Assembly (NCBI GenBank): GCA_036172245.1
Contig: JAYWIR010000009.1
Location: 4,030,001 to 4,094,000, forward strand
Reading direction: 5' to 3'
DNA: 64,000 nucleotides
Source of the DNA: Raillietiella orientalis
Taxonomy: Eukaryota
Shown one piece after another: positions 1 to 11,275 of this stretch. Numbering within the stretch: position 1 is the stretch's first letter; the number at the start of each line of letters is the position of its first letter. A program made the position numbers and the translations under genes. The notes below the pieces were generated by a model. That model did not search any database. It saw only the letters and a program-made list of their open reading frames with translations, and was not told the DNA's origin.

Positions 1-1767
1 GCGGGCGGGAGCTCCCAGCCAACATCCCTCTTCCCACGCCAAGGCGGCGTGCTGTGCGCCGGCCGGAGCTGGCCGGAGATGGAGGCGCTTTCGGGAGAGG
101 GGGACGCGCGAGGGGAGGGGGGGGGGGAATGAGGAGTTGCCACGTCGCCACCCCATCCCTCTCGTTCTCCGTCCTGCTCTCGCGCCAATCCTTGCGCCTT
201 CCTGCAGCGAGGACTCTGTTGGATGTGGTCCATCTGGCGACATCCCTGGAGGAGGAGGAAGGAAAAGGGGGTGAGGAGGAGGAGAAATCCTGCCATCGCG
301 CTGCGTTCGGGCCGATGTCGTTTCCCGCTCCCCGAGCAGGGAGAGGGAGGACGCTCGGAGGGCGGAAGTTCTGGTCCAGGAAGCTCCCTCGCCGTTCGAT
401 TTGAGAAGCGCCTCGAGCGGCACGAGGATGAAAAAGGGGCATCTAGGGGCGGGCTTCCGGAAAGTGGCCTCCAGCAAAGGCGGAAGAGGCCATCCCAGTT
501 CCCGTCTGCTGGGGCTGCGGAACGCGGGCTCCGGCGCACTACTTCCTCCCCCCTCCCTCCCTCTCCCCGAAAGACCAAGCTGCTGGCCTCTCATTTCCGA
601 CGGCTCGGCGCGGCCTGCATTGTCCCGCAGATCGGGGATGACAGGAACTCATAAACGCGCCGACATCTCGGCACGTTTCGAATCTCCGATGCAGTTTCCA
701 TGAGGACGGGAACAATGGACCGGATGCTCTTTGTTGACCGGGAGGCGGGCGCCGCTTCCGATCTTCAAGGAAGGAAGGAGAGAAGGAAGAGGGAGGAGGG
801 AGGAGCGAAGTGCCATCGTGGATGAGCTGACTGGGGCGGCCTCCAAGCACCCCGTCCGAAGAGACAAGCCGTTGCCGTCGCCTTCGCAGCTCTCATCCGA
901 CTGCCTCGGGTCGGGTCGGCCGAAGAGGATAGCGCCGTGGGCGCTGGTAGAGCACTCTCCCTCAAGCGGGAGGGGAGCGGGGTGGGTGGGAACACGACCT
1001 CCATGTCGAGCTGCCCGGCCCCTGCCGATTCTTTTTGGCTCGGGCGGGTGCCGAACCTACGAGCGCCCTCGCGTCCAATCCCAGCGCTCTCAGAGTACGG
1101 CGCCGTCTCAGCGGCGGCCAGCCCCGCACCGGAAGGTCAATAAAATGAATCCGAGTGGTCACATCATTGCGAGACGAAATCGCCTCGATGCGTGACCACG
1201 GTGACTGCGCATGCAGGTGACCTTCGAGGCATCCTTTCGAACGTGCCTTCACACCGTGTGGGCAGCAGCAGCAGCAGAGCGGGCGGCACTCCTCACTGCC
1301 TGTTCCACGCATGTGCAGAAAGCGGTCCTCGATCGCGTGCGCACCCAAAACACCACCACCGCCTCGACTTCCTCCCCTTCCCCCCTCCCCGACGCTGCTC
1401 GAGACTTTCCGAAGATCCCGCTGCCAGCTGGCGATGCATGGCGGGGCGCACGCGGGTTTTGCTCCGACCGCCACTGCTGCATCGCGTGCATCTCGTGTCC
1501 GTCCGTCTCACGAGCTGCATCCGAGACGCCTCGCGAGGTCCTCTCCTCCCGCACGAGCGCGGTGGTTCGGCCGAACCACCGTCGTCGCCGGTACTCGACG
1601 CCGGCGATGGTCGTTGTTACCGGGAGGGAGAGTTCGGCGCGCAGCTGCCCTCTCTGCGAAGATGCCCGCGGGTCCCCGAGAACCATCCCGTCCAAATGCC
1701 AGCCATCCCGCACGCGCTCCGGAAAAGAGACCGGTGGACAGATGGCGGAACTGAGACAGAGAGGCTC

Positions 1768-1791
1768 GTTGTTGTTGTTGTTGTTGTTGTT
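1768..1791. repeat. (GTT)8 microsatellite
   Basis: Read directly from the sequence. Confidence 0.95.
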
Positions 1792-2799
1792 TGGGGTCTC
1801 CTGTATTTCACGTAAACCGAAAAGTTCCGGCATAGTGCACGGCAGGTGCACGGACACGTTGCTGGATACGTCGCACCAGTTGCCGTCTGGAACGCTTTGC
1901 AGTGCGTCCCTCTGGTCTCCCGCTCGTGCCTTCCGCACGCTCGCAGGAAGATGAGGTGGTTCCGAAAGAAGAATCTTCTTCGGACATCTGCTATTCCTCC
2001 TCGCTCTTGAAGCTTTCTCTCCTGGAGCGCGCTGCGACCAGCGTAAAATGCAGATAAAAAAAGAAAGAAAGATGGATTCAGTGACTCCCCGCTCTCCTTT
2101 TTCACGACGTTTTTGTACCGGTGGATGCGCCTTTTGCTCGCGCGCGCGCCCCCACCCGCTCGCCGAGCGCCGTTGGTGGTTCTCTGCTGCCGCCACCGTC
2201 CGAGAGAGCCGTCCAGCCACTGTTCTGGAAACAGCTCTTTTTTTTTTTTTTTTTTGCTTTTCACGCCCAGGCGCTCGCTGGTCTTCGTGGCCCTGAAAGC
2301 AAGGGTTGCCCCTCCCCTCTCTCCCCCTCTCCTCTTCCTGTCGCCAAAAACGGACCACAGGTGGCACGGAACCACGTGGTGGCACGGAACGCAAGCGTCC
2401 CTACTCTTGTTTCGTAGGAAGGGGAGAGCTTTCTGTGGCGAATTTGCACGTGGTAAGAAGAACCGTCGTCCGTCCACCGACTGTGGTCCCAAGGACGCTA
2501 TTGCACGGCGAAGCAGCAGCAGGGGTGCCAGGCCTCGATTTTGGATGGCCGACCGTAGGTAGCGTTCGCTCCGCAGAGAGGCTTCGCACCGGGGAGCATC
2601 CTATTCGGAAAACTCTGCGTTCCTTGGCTGTAGGCACAGGAAAGGAAGGATGAGGACTGGGATTCATTCTGTTTTCACGATCCACTGAAGAGGACGCTTG
2701 TCCCATGCGTGGCGAAATCCCCTTACCTACGGAGGGTGTTTCCCTGTCTCCCCAAGCAGGTTTGCTTCCTTCTTTGGTGTGTGTGTGTAGCTTTCCCGG

Positions 2800-5700
2800 A
2801 ACGAACGTTGGGGAATGCTCAAATCCAGGGGAGTGCCTCAGTTGCCCACTCATGCCTTGCTATGTGAAGGGAGCTTTGGTGTCGCTGCTGATGACCGGAT
2901 GCGGCGAGAAGACACGCGCGACGGATAGTTCACTTCTGCTGCTTTCCACGTCCCTTCGTCAGCTACTCCTTCAGTTTCTTTTAGGGTAGAGGGTCTGTTG
3001 ATACTCAGGAACCGTTGCTTCACCCTACCGAGCTGGACCCTTACGCTGCTGTGTAGCCGAGGTGTGCGCGCGCGAAGGCAGGAAGCGGATGACTCCTGCC
3101 AAACTGTCTCTGAAGTTCCTTGGGTGGGTTCCCCCCATATCACATCCCCCAAGAGTCCACTTCTGAGTCCCGGCAGCTAGCCTATGGGGCATCCCGCCCG
3201 CAGACGCGAGCGCTCTCTACCGATGCGCGCCCGAAGTCCGAGACATCCCAGAGTCATCTCGCGGGGAGACAGGGAACTCCACAGAGCGTCGATCCTTACG
3301 GAGGCATTGTGGAGACCATGACTCTAGGTGACTCGCGGGCACCGCCGATGCCATGGCCACGCTGCCTGACAGCGCGGCCTGCTGCCGTATGCGTGCGTTC
3401 GTGGGAGGGAAGTTTTTCCGGGACGCGCACGAGTGCGGGGGAGGGTCAGGGAAAGGTTCAGAGGAGACATGGAAGCACCTCAGAAGTAATTTTCGACACG
3501 TTCCGGCCAAGCGGAAGGATGGGAAGAGACGGGATTCAGAAGGCAGATTGGCCGATTCGAATGCTCCCTAGGGAGAAGGCGAGTCCTGTCCTCCCATGGC
3601 ATTCCGCGCGCCCGCTCGCTGCCATCTTGTCCGTGGTGCTGCAGGGAACCTTCGTGCGCTGCCCCGTCCTTCCACATCCAGGGGCTCAAGGCATCCCCTT
3701 CTGTTTCTCTTTCTCCCTCTTCTGTCCTCCTCGTCTCTGCCTCCCGGTCTCTGCATCCGCTGCCAGGCTGCTGGGGAAGAGCGGACGGGGGTTGCAGCCG
3801 GTGTTCCTCACCCCATTCCGCACGTGAGTCCAGACGAGACCTCCAGGCCGGTGCTCGTCGACCCTGATGGATTGGACTCTTCTGATTCCTCCGCGATCTC
3901 CGGGATCCTCCGTCCCTCCTGGGGCTCGTCGGCCGGTCGTTCCTCGCCGACGAGTCAGGTCCGGGTCTTCGATACGCAAAAAGTCTCCTCGCGTGTTCCT
4001 CCTCCTCCTTTCTCGCTGGACCAGAGGTAACCTATTCTCGTCAGATGTACGCCAGATGGATGCGCGCCCCCGCGATCGGTTCTCGTTCTGAGAGACGTGG
4101 AGACCCGGACAGCCTCGCCCTGCACGCGCGCCAGCGAACCGCGGAGCCCAATGAGCGCCACAGCCAACAGCGCGCGGGAATCCCTTGGGAGGCCGAGCGG
4201 AGCGCGGAAGGTTGAGAAGAGGTCATCGCGAGGAGTCAAAGCTCGGGCAGAGATCCACCCTCCCTTTCAGAAGACTCCCTCGATCCAGCACCTCCGGTGA
4301 CGTCAAACCGCGCGCTCGCAGCGCGCGAGTGGGGCCCTGCCCAGGAGAGCAGGGGAGCTTCGGGTTGGCGGAACAATTCGTCGATTGCCGGTCTTCCGGC
4401 AATCGACGAATTCGCCCCCTTCCCCCCCGTATTGGGCGCAAGTGATCGTCCTGTTCTCTGGCGGGGGAGGTTCCTCGGGCCCTGTTGCTGGGGCACGCAG
4501 CCGCTTGGCTGCGACCGGTGCTCCCTGCAGGTGCGGTCCGCCTTCTGGAGACTGCCCGGGAGCGAAACTCCCGATCAAGGTCGCTTCCAAGGTCGCAGGA
4601 TAGGATGCGCCTGCGAGGAAATTTCCCCACCTCCCTCGGGGATGTTACCGACGAAGAGATCGACGCTGGGGAGCATCTTCAAAGGACGTTGGGGAGATAG
4701 GCAGGGGTGACATGCATTTTCCAGGAGAGATCAGGGAGGTCCCATGAACGACTACCGCGCGCGACCACTCCCTCGGGGCGAATCCCTCCGCCCGAGGCGG
4801 TCGCTGGTCCTTCATCCTCCCCACTGTCCCATAGAGCACTCCCGACGGCGTTCCTTCGGCGCAGCTTCCCTTCGATGCGGGAATGGGAGGGTGGTCGCCA
4901 AGTTCGAACCTGTGCCCGCTCTCCGCAGATGCTGAGGGATCTTCTGCGCTTCGGGCGATCGTCGCACTGAGGACTCTGCGTTTTCGCTGCGTTCTCTCCT
5001 CTGGCCCTTCAGTCCGCTCCCGGCTTCCCGCAGTCTCGGTGCCGGTGGTAGATTGAGGAGCAGCCTGCATTGGCGATCCCTGATGTTCCCGCTGAGCCTC
5101 GAGCCGCTCCTGATTCCTTCTCGCCCGATCCTCTTTCGCTGTGGCCACCCCAGCGACCGCCGGCGCGCGTTCCCGGGGAACGCTCTTTCGCACCAGCATT
5201 CAGGAAGACGCTGCGACGGGTGGGTAGGCGAACGCGCCGCAACTGGGAAAGCGAAACCACCGCCGAGAATGCGGCGGAATCCCGGTCTACGGCTCGCATC
5301 CTCGTTCGGCCGCACGTGAGCGACGCCGGGTGGCGCCGCTGCCGCCTCTCCGGGGCGCCCGCGCCGGAGTGCATCCTCCCCTTCCTTCTTCACTCGCGAG
5401 CGCGCGCGCGCTCAGGAAGACGCGAGAGGGCGCTTCCGAGCATCTGAAGTCCGCCTTGGGAATCGAAATCTGCGACCTGACCTTCCTTCGCTTACCCGCC
5501 CAGAAGCAGGCCCCAGGGAACTCCGGCCGCAGCGCCGGGGGCGCGGCTCGCCGTAGGGAAGTGGGTGTGAGCGACTCGGATTGATCCTCCGCTCCTCCTC
5601 CCTCCCTTCCCTTGCTGCCGGGATTCCGTTGCCTGAGACCTCCCCGACGTGATTCGAGCGCGATCCAGCAGTCACTCCGCCTGGGAGTTAACCTCTCCCA

Positions 5701-5950
5701 CCCGCTGGGGTGATGACCTGCTCCTTCTGCAACGCGGGCGGTTCCGGGTGAAAGCCCCAAAGCGTCCTTCTAGATGGTCGTCAGGTGAGCCGAGGTCCAG
5801 ATCAGCTGGACAGGTGGTGGTTCCGGTTGGGACTGGGATGACCTGCACCCCGAGGGCAATCGCATGCCCGTGGACATCCTATCGTCCCGGGTGCAGTTGA
5901 TGTCTCCAAGTTCGGGAGGCCCGGCGACCTGTCTGCCTGGGGAGAGATGG
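2800..5950 (-). mobile_element. Highly degenerate non-LTR retrotransposon fossil, L1/Tx1-like ORF2 (endonuclease + RT)
   Basis: Eroded motifs occur in the correct order across shifting frames: LGDINC (~5900, GDFNC), SRSNH (~5660, SRID), PGACFW (~5505, GPGYW), GRRAPG (~3860, KAPG), RLLPREHSNRPICLLN (~3550, LLPK..WRPISLLN), LRAGCPI (~3195, VRQGCPL), AAEVNY (~2935, GAKVN). Recognised by eye only. Confidence 0.5.
4375..4412. repeat. Perfect 17-bp stem, 4-nt loop palindrome
   Basis: AATTCGTCGATTGCCGG-TCTT-CCGGCAATCGACGAATT. Confidence 0.95.
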
Positions 5951-7449
5951 CAGTGGCTCCCTCTCGGAAGGGGGGTTCCTTCTTCCTGAAGGGGAAACTT
6001 ACCAGAACCCCTGAGGTTCCGAGACTTTTTCCTTCCCCTTCTCCTTCCCCCTACGCTACTCCCTCCTGCCCTTGAGTTCGCAGGGAGGATCGTAGATCCG
6101 ACGCAGCGGACCCCATGTGGCTGTATCAGACCCCGATCGCGGCCGGGAAGCCTAGTCTCCCAGATAGGTGGGTGTGGATGTGTGTGTGGGGGGGAAGACC
6201 TCAATGGGTTGCCCACCGAAGAGTCCAGTCCTGTTTTTTTGCGACGTCTCCTCCCCGCGCGCATTCCTCATCTCAACCCTTCCGCGCGACCCGGGCGCCT
6301 TCGGGGATCTCCGCCTTCGTCCGTACCGAGAAGAGTCCGTGGTGACTTGACTGTCCCCTCAGCAGCGACTCCCCTTCGACGGGAGGTGACCGGGTCCCAG
6401 CCGGCGTTCCCAGCTCGAGAGACGTCCGCTCTAGCGAGGGGATCCCGGGCGACGCGCAAGCGCCCCCAGAGCGCTCCTGACTCTTCGCTGAGCTCCTGGA
6501 TCCTGCGGAGATCTCGCGGGGGAAAGGAGGAGGACTCTGATGTTCCCGGCTTCCCTTCCAACGGTTCGCCCTTCCTTCCTTCGCGCGGATCGGAGCGCAC
6601 CTCCGGCTCGCTGCCACCGGCCACGCTCCCCCTGCCACAGTGAGCCGGGCTGGAGGGCGGGCTTGGGGCGCTCCCCTGAGGCGTTTCCCTGACTCTGACC
6701 GCGGAGGCCCCCACGTCCTGTCGGCTGTCGGTGGCGGCGAGGGGGGAAGGAGAGGTCCTATCGCTATCGCCGTTCCTCTCGCGAGAAGCGCAGCGAGGCG
6801 GCCGCGCCCCTACGTGGAACTCCCCAGGGGGATAGAGAGACAGGAGGAGCAGATGACCTCCCTCCTTTCCCTTCTCCCTTCCTGCCCCGTCCCAGATTCC
6901 CTACCAAGCACCCTGGAGCGAAATTCCGGTCCACCTGCCTGCTTGCCCGTTGATTCCCTCCCGAGTCAAGAACTCCTGAAGGATTGCAGGTAACGGCTTG
7001 CGTTCCTTGTCAGCAGAGAGCGGGTGTCACTGAAAGGGGGAGATGCCGTTTATTTGCTTGCATGGATGGTCCATCACTCCCGCTCAGATGCGGGTCCTTC
7101 ATTTTTCTGGAGAATGGATCGCGCGGGAGCGCGACTCGAGAGCGAGAAATTGCAGCGCTGCGAGGTCCCTCACCCCCACCCCCGCACGCCGTGACCGCAG
7201 GGGGAGGGGACGGGTTCGACTGTCAAGGAAACCGACCTGCGGAGCGTGCGCCGCCCAGCCCTCTCGAAGAGTCCCTTCCAGGAGTTTCTCCCCGCTCTTC
7301 CTCGCTTTGCGTGACCGGGACTCTTCGAAATGCCTCGTTCCCGTGTGATCGGTAGCGTCTGGAGTAGGACTGCCTTGTGGCCTTTGGGGATCCGCCCCCT
7401 CCGAGCACAGAGGGCGCGCGGAGGATGCCACGGTATCCTAACCCATGAT

Positions 7450-10050
7450 CAACAGGATCCTTGCACGAGATGGTCTCGAGTCCCGCTTCCTTCCCTATAG
7501 CCGTGTGCCTTCCCTCTACGGCAGCAACCCACCCATTCCCGGGGCTCTTCTCGGCCGGAGAATCAAGGAGGCCACCAACGAGACCTTCGGGACGACCACC
7601 CTCGAAGGGTCCTCCCAGGCAGGCTGGTCCAGGAAGCCTCTCGACGGGCGGCAGCATCTTTTGCATGACTCTTCCGTGCTCCACGGCCAATCGAGCGCGC
7701 AGGAAGAGATTCCGGTGGTACAGCATCTTTCGTCTGCCAGCTCTCAACAGCAGAGAAGCTCTGGGTCTCGGCCTTCATGGGCGGCAGGAACTTCTGGATC
7801 GGATTTCTTTCTAGAGCGAGTCTTGCGAAACGCTTGCCAGGGTTGAGGAAGCTGCAAGGACGCAGGTCGTCTTCTTCTCTCCTCCGAGCAGATCAGGAAG
7901 GCATTGCGTTGTCACGGTTGTCGACCGCTGCGTTCCCTGGACTGACCGCTACTAAGTGGCATCCGGGAAGGTCGCCACTTTCCCACCCAGCTGCTTCTGC
8001 GACGTCCTCCCGTGTCGAGGGAGGACGTGGGTGGGCCCACGAGCTCTTGCCAGTCACGGAGCCGAGATACTTGCATGCATTCATCTGCTTGCATGTGTGG
8101 TCCAGCGCCCTCGGGAGGAGAACGGACGCAGATCCGAACGCTTTCCCGAAGGCTCCTGAACTCTTCACGAGTCCAGGGGACCCATGAAGCCGATGTGTCG
8201 CGTCCAGGGAACAGCGTTCGAAGCGGACTGCGTTGATTTCCCCTTGGTACAGGGGATGCTCGTTTCGCATCCTCGACCATTCTCCGATTGCGCGGTCCGC
8301 TTCTCGCTTTCCCGAGGCAGGATATCGGACTCCAGCCAACGGGACCTAAGAGGAGAGTTTGATCTGCATGACGCGAGATCGGAATGGAGGCGACCCATCT
8401 TTGTGCTGCTGCCCGGAGTGGCTCCTCGAGGCGGGGTGGTCAATTCACAGCTGTTGCGAGACGGGCCCCCCCTTTCTTCCTTGGCGGGCAGAGGCACGAA
8501 TGTTTCGGGATCCGAGCAACCGCGTCTCCTTCGCCGCATCTATCATATCCTTCCTGGAAGTCCGACATTCCCGTCCAGTGCGTGGGATGGGTGCAGGGGG
8601 AGTCTCGGGGTCGTCAGGATTTTGCTCACTTTCGGTACGGTTCCGAGCTGGAGGTGGCTCCCCTGGTAATGCCGTACTGATCGTTCCTTGGGCTCAGAGG
8701 GGATTCTTTGCCTACCTTGGAACCTCTCGAGGGACCGTTGCCTGGATCGTCCCCGGGATTCATGGGATGACCCCGTCAAGCGCTCGGGATTTCCGCAAGA
8801 GCAGGGGGTCACCTTGCAAAGAAGGTCACCGGCTTCTTGTTCTCTTCGCGCACAAGAGCTGGTGGTCCCTCCTCTTGCTTTCCGTGAGAGCGCGACAGCT
8901 TCACGCGTCCGTGTCATCCAGACACCAACGGACCTTCAGGGACGCATCGGATGGGAGACGCCAAAAAAAAGGAGAAAAAAAATGGCGGAGGAAATCCTTT
9001 CCTGTTTCATTCTAGCTCAGGGGGTCCAAGGGAGCGAGGTTACATCCAGAGTGGCCCCGTGGCCCCCGTGCACGGGATCCGACGAGGTCGAGCTAGAAAA
9101 GCTCCACCCAAAAGGCCCAGTCCTGACCGCAGATAAGATCCCCGTGACGTCTTTTCTGAGCGAGTCTCCACTTCCTCCTCTTCTTTCCGCGTGCTGATTG
9201 TGGACCCCTCGCAGCACCACTCCTTTCTAATCCTTCCCCTGGGATAGTGAGCTGACTTGGACCCTTGGGAGACGAACTTTTGGATTCGTTGGAACTGATG
9301 ACGACTACTCCAGAGGCGAGCCTATTGCTGGGGGGGAGTGGGGGGAGGGGAATGTTCAAGAAGGCGTGAGAGAGATGCTCCATTCCGATGCAGGAAGCTC
9401 AGGACTCCAGGAATCCTCAGGGCTGATGATCAAATAATGCTGCGGACGCGCGGCAGGACTCCGGCATCGTAAACAACGCGCGCGCTGGAGGAGGAGGAGC
9501 GGTCCCTTGGCGCGCCATCGGAACGTCAGAGGTATGCGGACGTCTTCTCCCGGAGGGAGGCTGTTTGGAATCAGACAGCTGACCCCTTTTTTTCCGCGTC
9601 GGTTCTTGCGTCGGGGGGAGGGGAGGGGGAGCTTCGCCGGCGAGGGATTCCCGGCGTGCTTCGGCGTGCACCTGCACGAGGAACAGAAAATGACGTCATT
9701 CACTTTCGCCGACGACTTCGCGCCCACGCGGCCCTCCCCGCTGGAAGATTGAAGGACGCTGGAGGGACGCGGCCTTCTGGGCAACGCGATCATCCCTTTT
9801 GTCCGAGTTCGGAGCTGCCGAATCTCCGTATCCCGAAGAGCCGCTGACGGAAGCTGCCTGGACCGAGATGGGCGCCGACGGGGCGCGCTCCCTATCTAGG
9901 ATCACACGAAGGAGGGATTTTCCGCTTTCCTCCACCTATTCAGACCCGGAGATGAAATCAGTGGATCGGGCGCGTTTCCCCCGCAAATGGGATTTTCCGT
10001 CTGCGGGTCTGCCGCTGTACCAAAACCCCGCCTCCGGAGAAGTGCGCGCT
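7450..10050 (-). mobile_element. Highly degenerate RTE-clade LINE fossil (endonuclease C-terminus, RT, C-terminal region)
   Basis: Ordered eroded motifs: HLRGKR..STDFI (~9970), EHLSHAFLN (~9370), SPKGPS (~9265), TVPREV (~8730, KAYDTVPRE), RRGCSDPETF (~8520, RQGC.LSP.LF), HADQTLL (~8360, YADD), CKYLGSV (~8065), RLPG...GGRPEG (~7600, RLPK...G.RP.G). Confidence 0.55.
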
Positions 10051-10679
10051 TTCTGCATCCCGCAAGCATCACCAGCTCCCCTCCCCGTTTCGAGCATCCC
10101 GGCTGTTGCTGCTCGACCGTCGTTGGCTTCGCTTCCGGAGGTGCGGTAGCAGCTCCTGTTCGATCTGCTCGTCGGAGAGGGAGAGTTCCTCCGGGAGTCC
10201 GGTGGGGCAGTGTGGAAGCAGCACCGGACGGCAGGGGGCGCTTCACATCCCTCCGTAAGACGAAAGCCCCTCCCTCCCTCCTTCCTCCCCACCCCCGAGA
10301 GACGAGGCATAGGATGCGGCTGGGACCCGAAGCCTTCCATCGAGATGCCGGGTAGTATTCCCGGAGCGCGCGATCCCGGGTGGCGGAGGTCCGATTCCGG
10401 TCGTGCCTTCCTACCACTCCCGGAAGGAGGGGCTCGGCAGCTTCCGAACCCGACGATCGTCAGAAGTGCCATTTTTCTCTGTGGATGATGGGAAACTTTT
10501 TGTCCTGAAGGATCGGGACGATGGAATCTCCCTGAGCAATCAGGAACCCTTCGCCTAGGGGCCCCACGAAGCTGTTCGATGCTGCCCACGTGCCCCTAGG
10601 GTGAGTGTAAACTTGTCGAGTCAGGTGGCACCTCAGGAGGGAAACACCCCATGAATTCAGGAAAGCCCCGGAGGAAGGG

Positions 10680-11275
10680 GTCCTTTCCTCCCTTACTCCT
10701 AGGAGGGGACCCCGAAGGGAACCATCCCTTCCTTGTTCTCTCCAGAGGGACCCCCCAGAGGGGGTCGCTCCTAGTTTCTTCTCCGAAGGCAACCCGGAAG
10801 AGATTTGCTCCTGGAATTTCTTCCACCTCTGAAGAGAACCTCGGAGGGAGCAGCGCCCCTCGCTCTGAAGAGGCGATCCCCGAGGAGGTATCAACCGGCT
10901 CCACGATACATGATGGAGGATCATCCCCCGAGGGGGGTCACGAAACTTTTTGACTCTGACCACTCCACCCGAGGATGTGTGTGGCTCTCCTAGTTGTAGG
11001 GGGTACTCCGGGAGGGGACCACCCTTTGGATCCAGGAAGGGCACCAGAGCAAGAAGTTCCTCTCTCCTTACACCTCGAAGGGAACCACCCCTTCCTTGTT
11101 CTCTTCGGAGAAACCATCCTGGAGGGGTATACTTCTCCGAACGGACTCCAGAAAGGGATTCGGTATCCTATCCTGGAATTTCTCCCTCCTCTGAGGTGAA
11201 TCCCAAAGGAAGTAGTCCCCTTCTCACACTCTGGGGAGGCGACCCCGTGAAGGGGGTATCAACCCACCAGCTCCA
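10680..11275. repeat. Diverged tandem duplication, period ~363 bp
   Basis: CGAAGGGAACCAYCCCTTCCTTGTTCTCT at 10713/11076, TCCTGGAATTTCT at 10809/11171, GGTATCAACC at 10887/11255. Confidence 0.8.

Noticed and set aside
2361..2390. Short direct repeat GTGGCACGGAAC x2 (and CAAAGTCTTTCCAG x2 near 40520-40550)
   Set aside because: Ordinary micro-duplications with no further structure.
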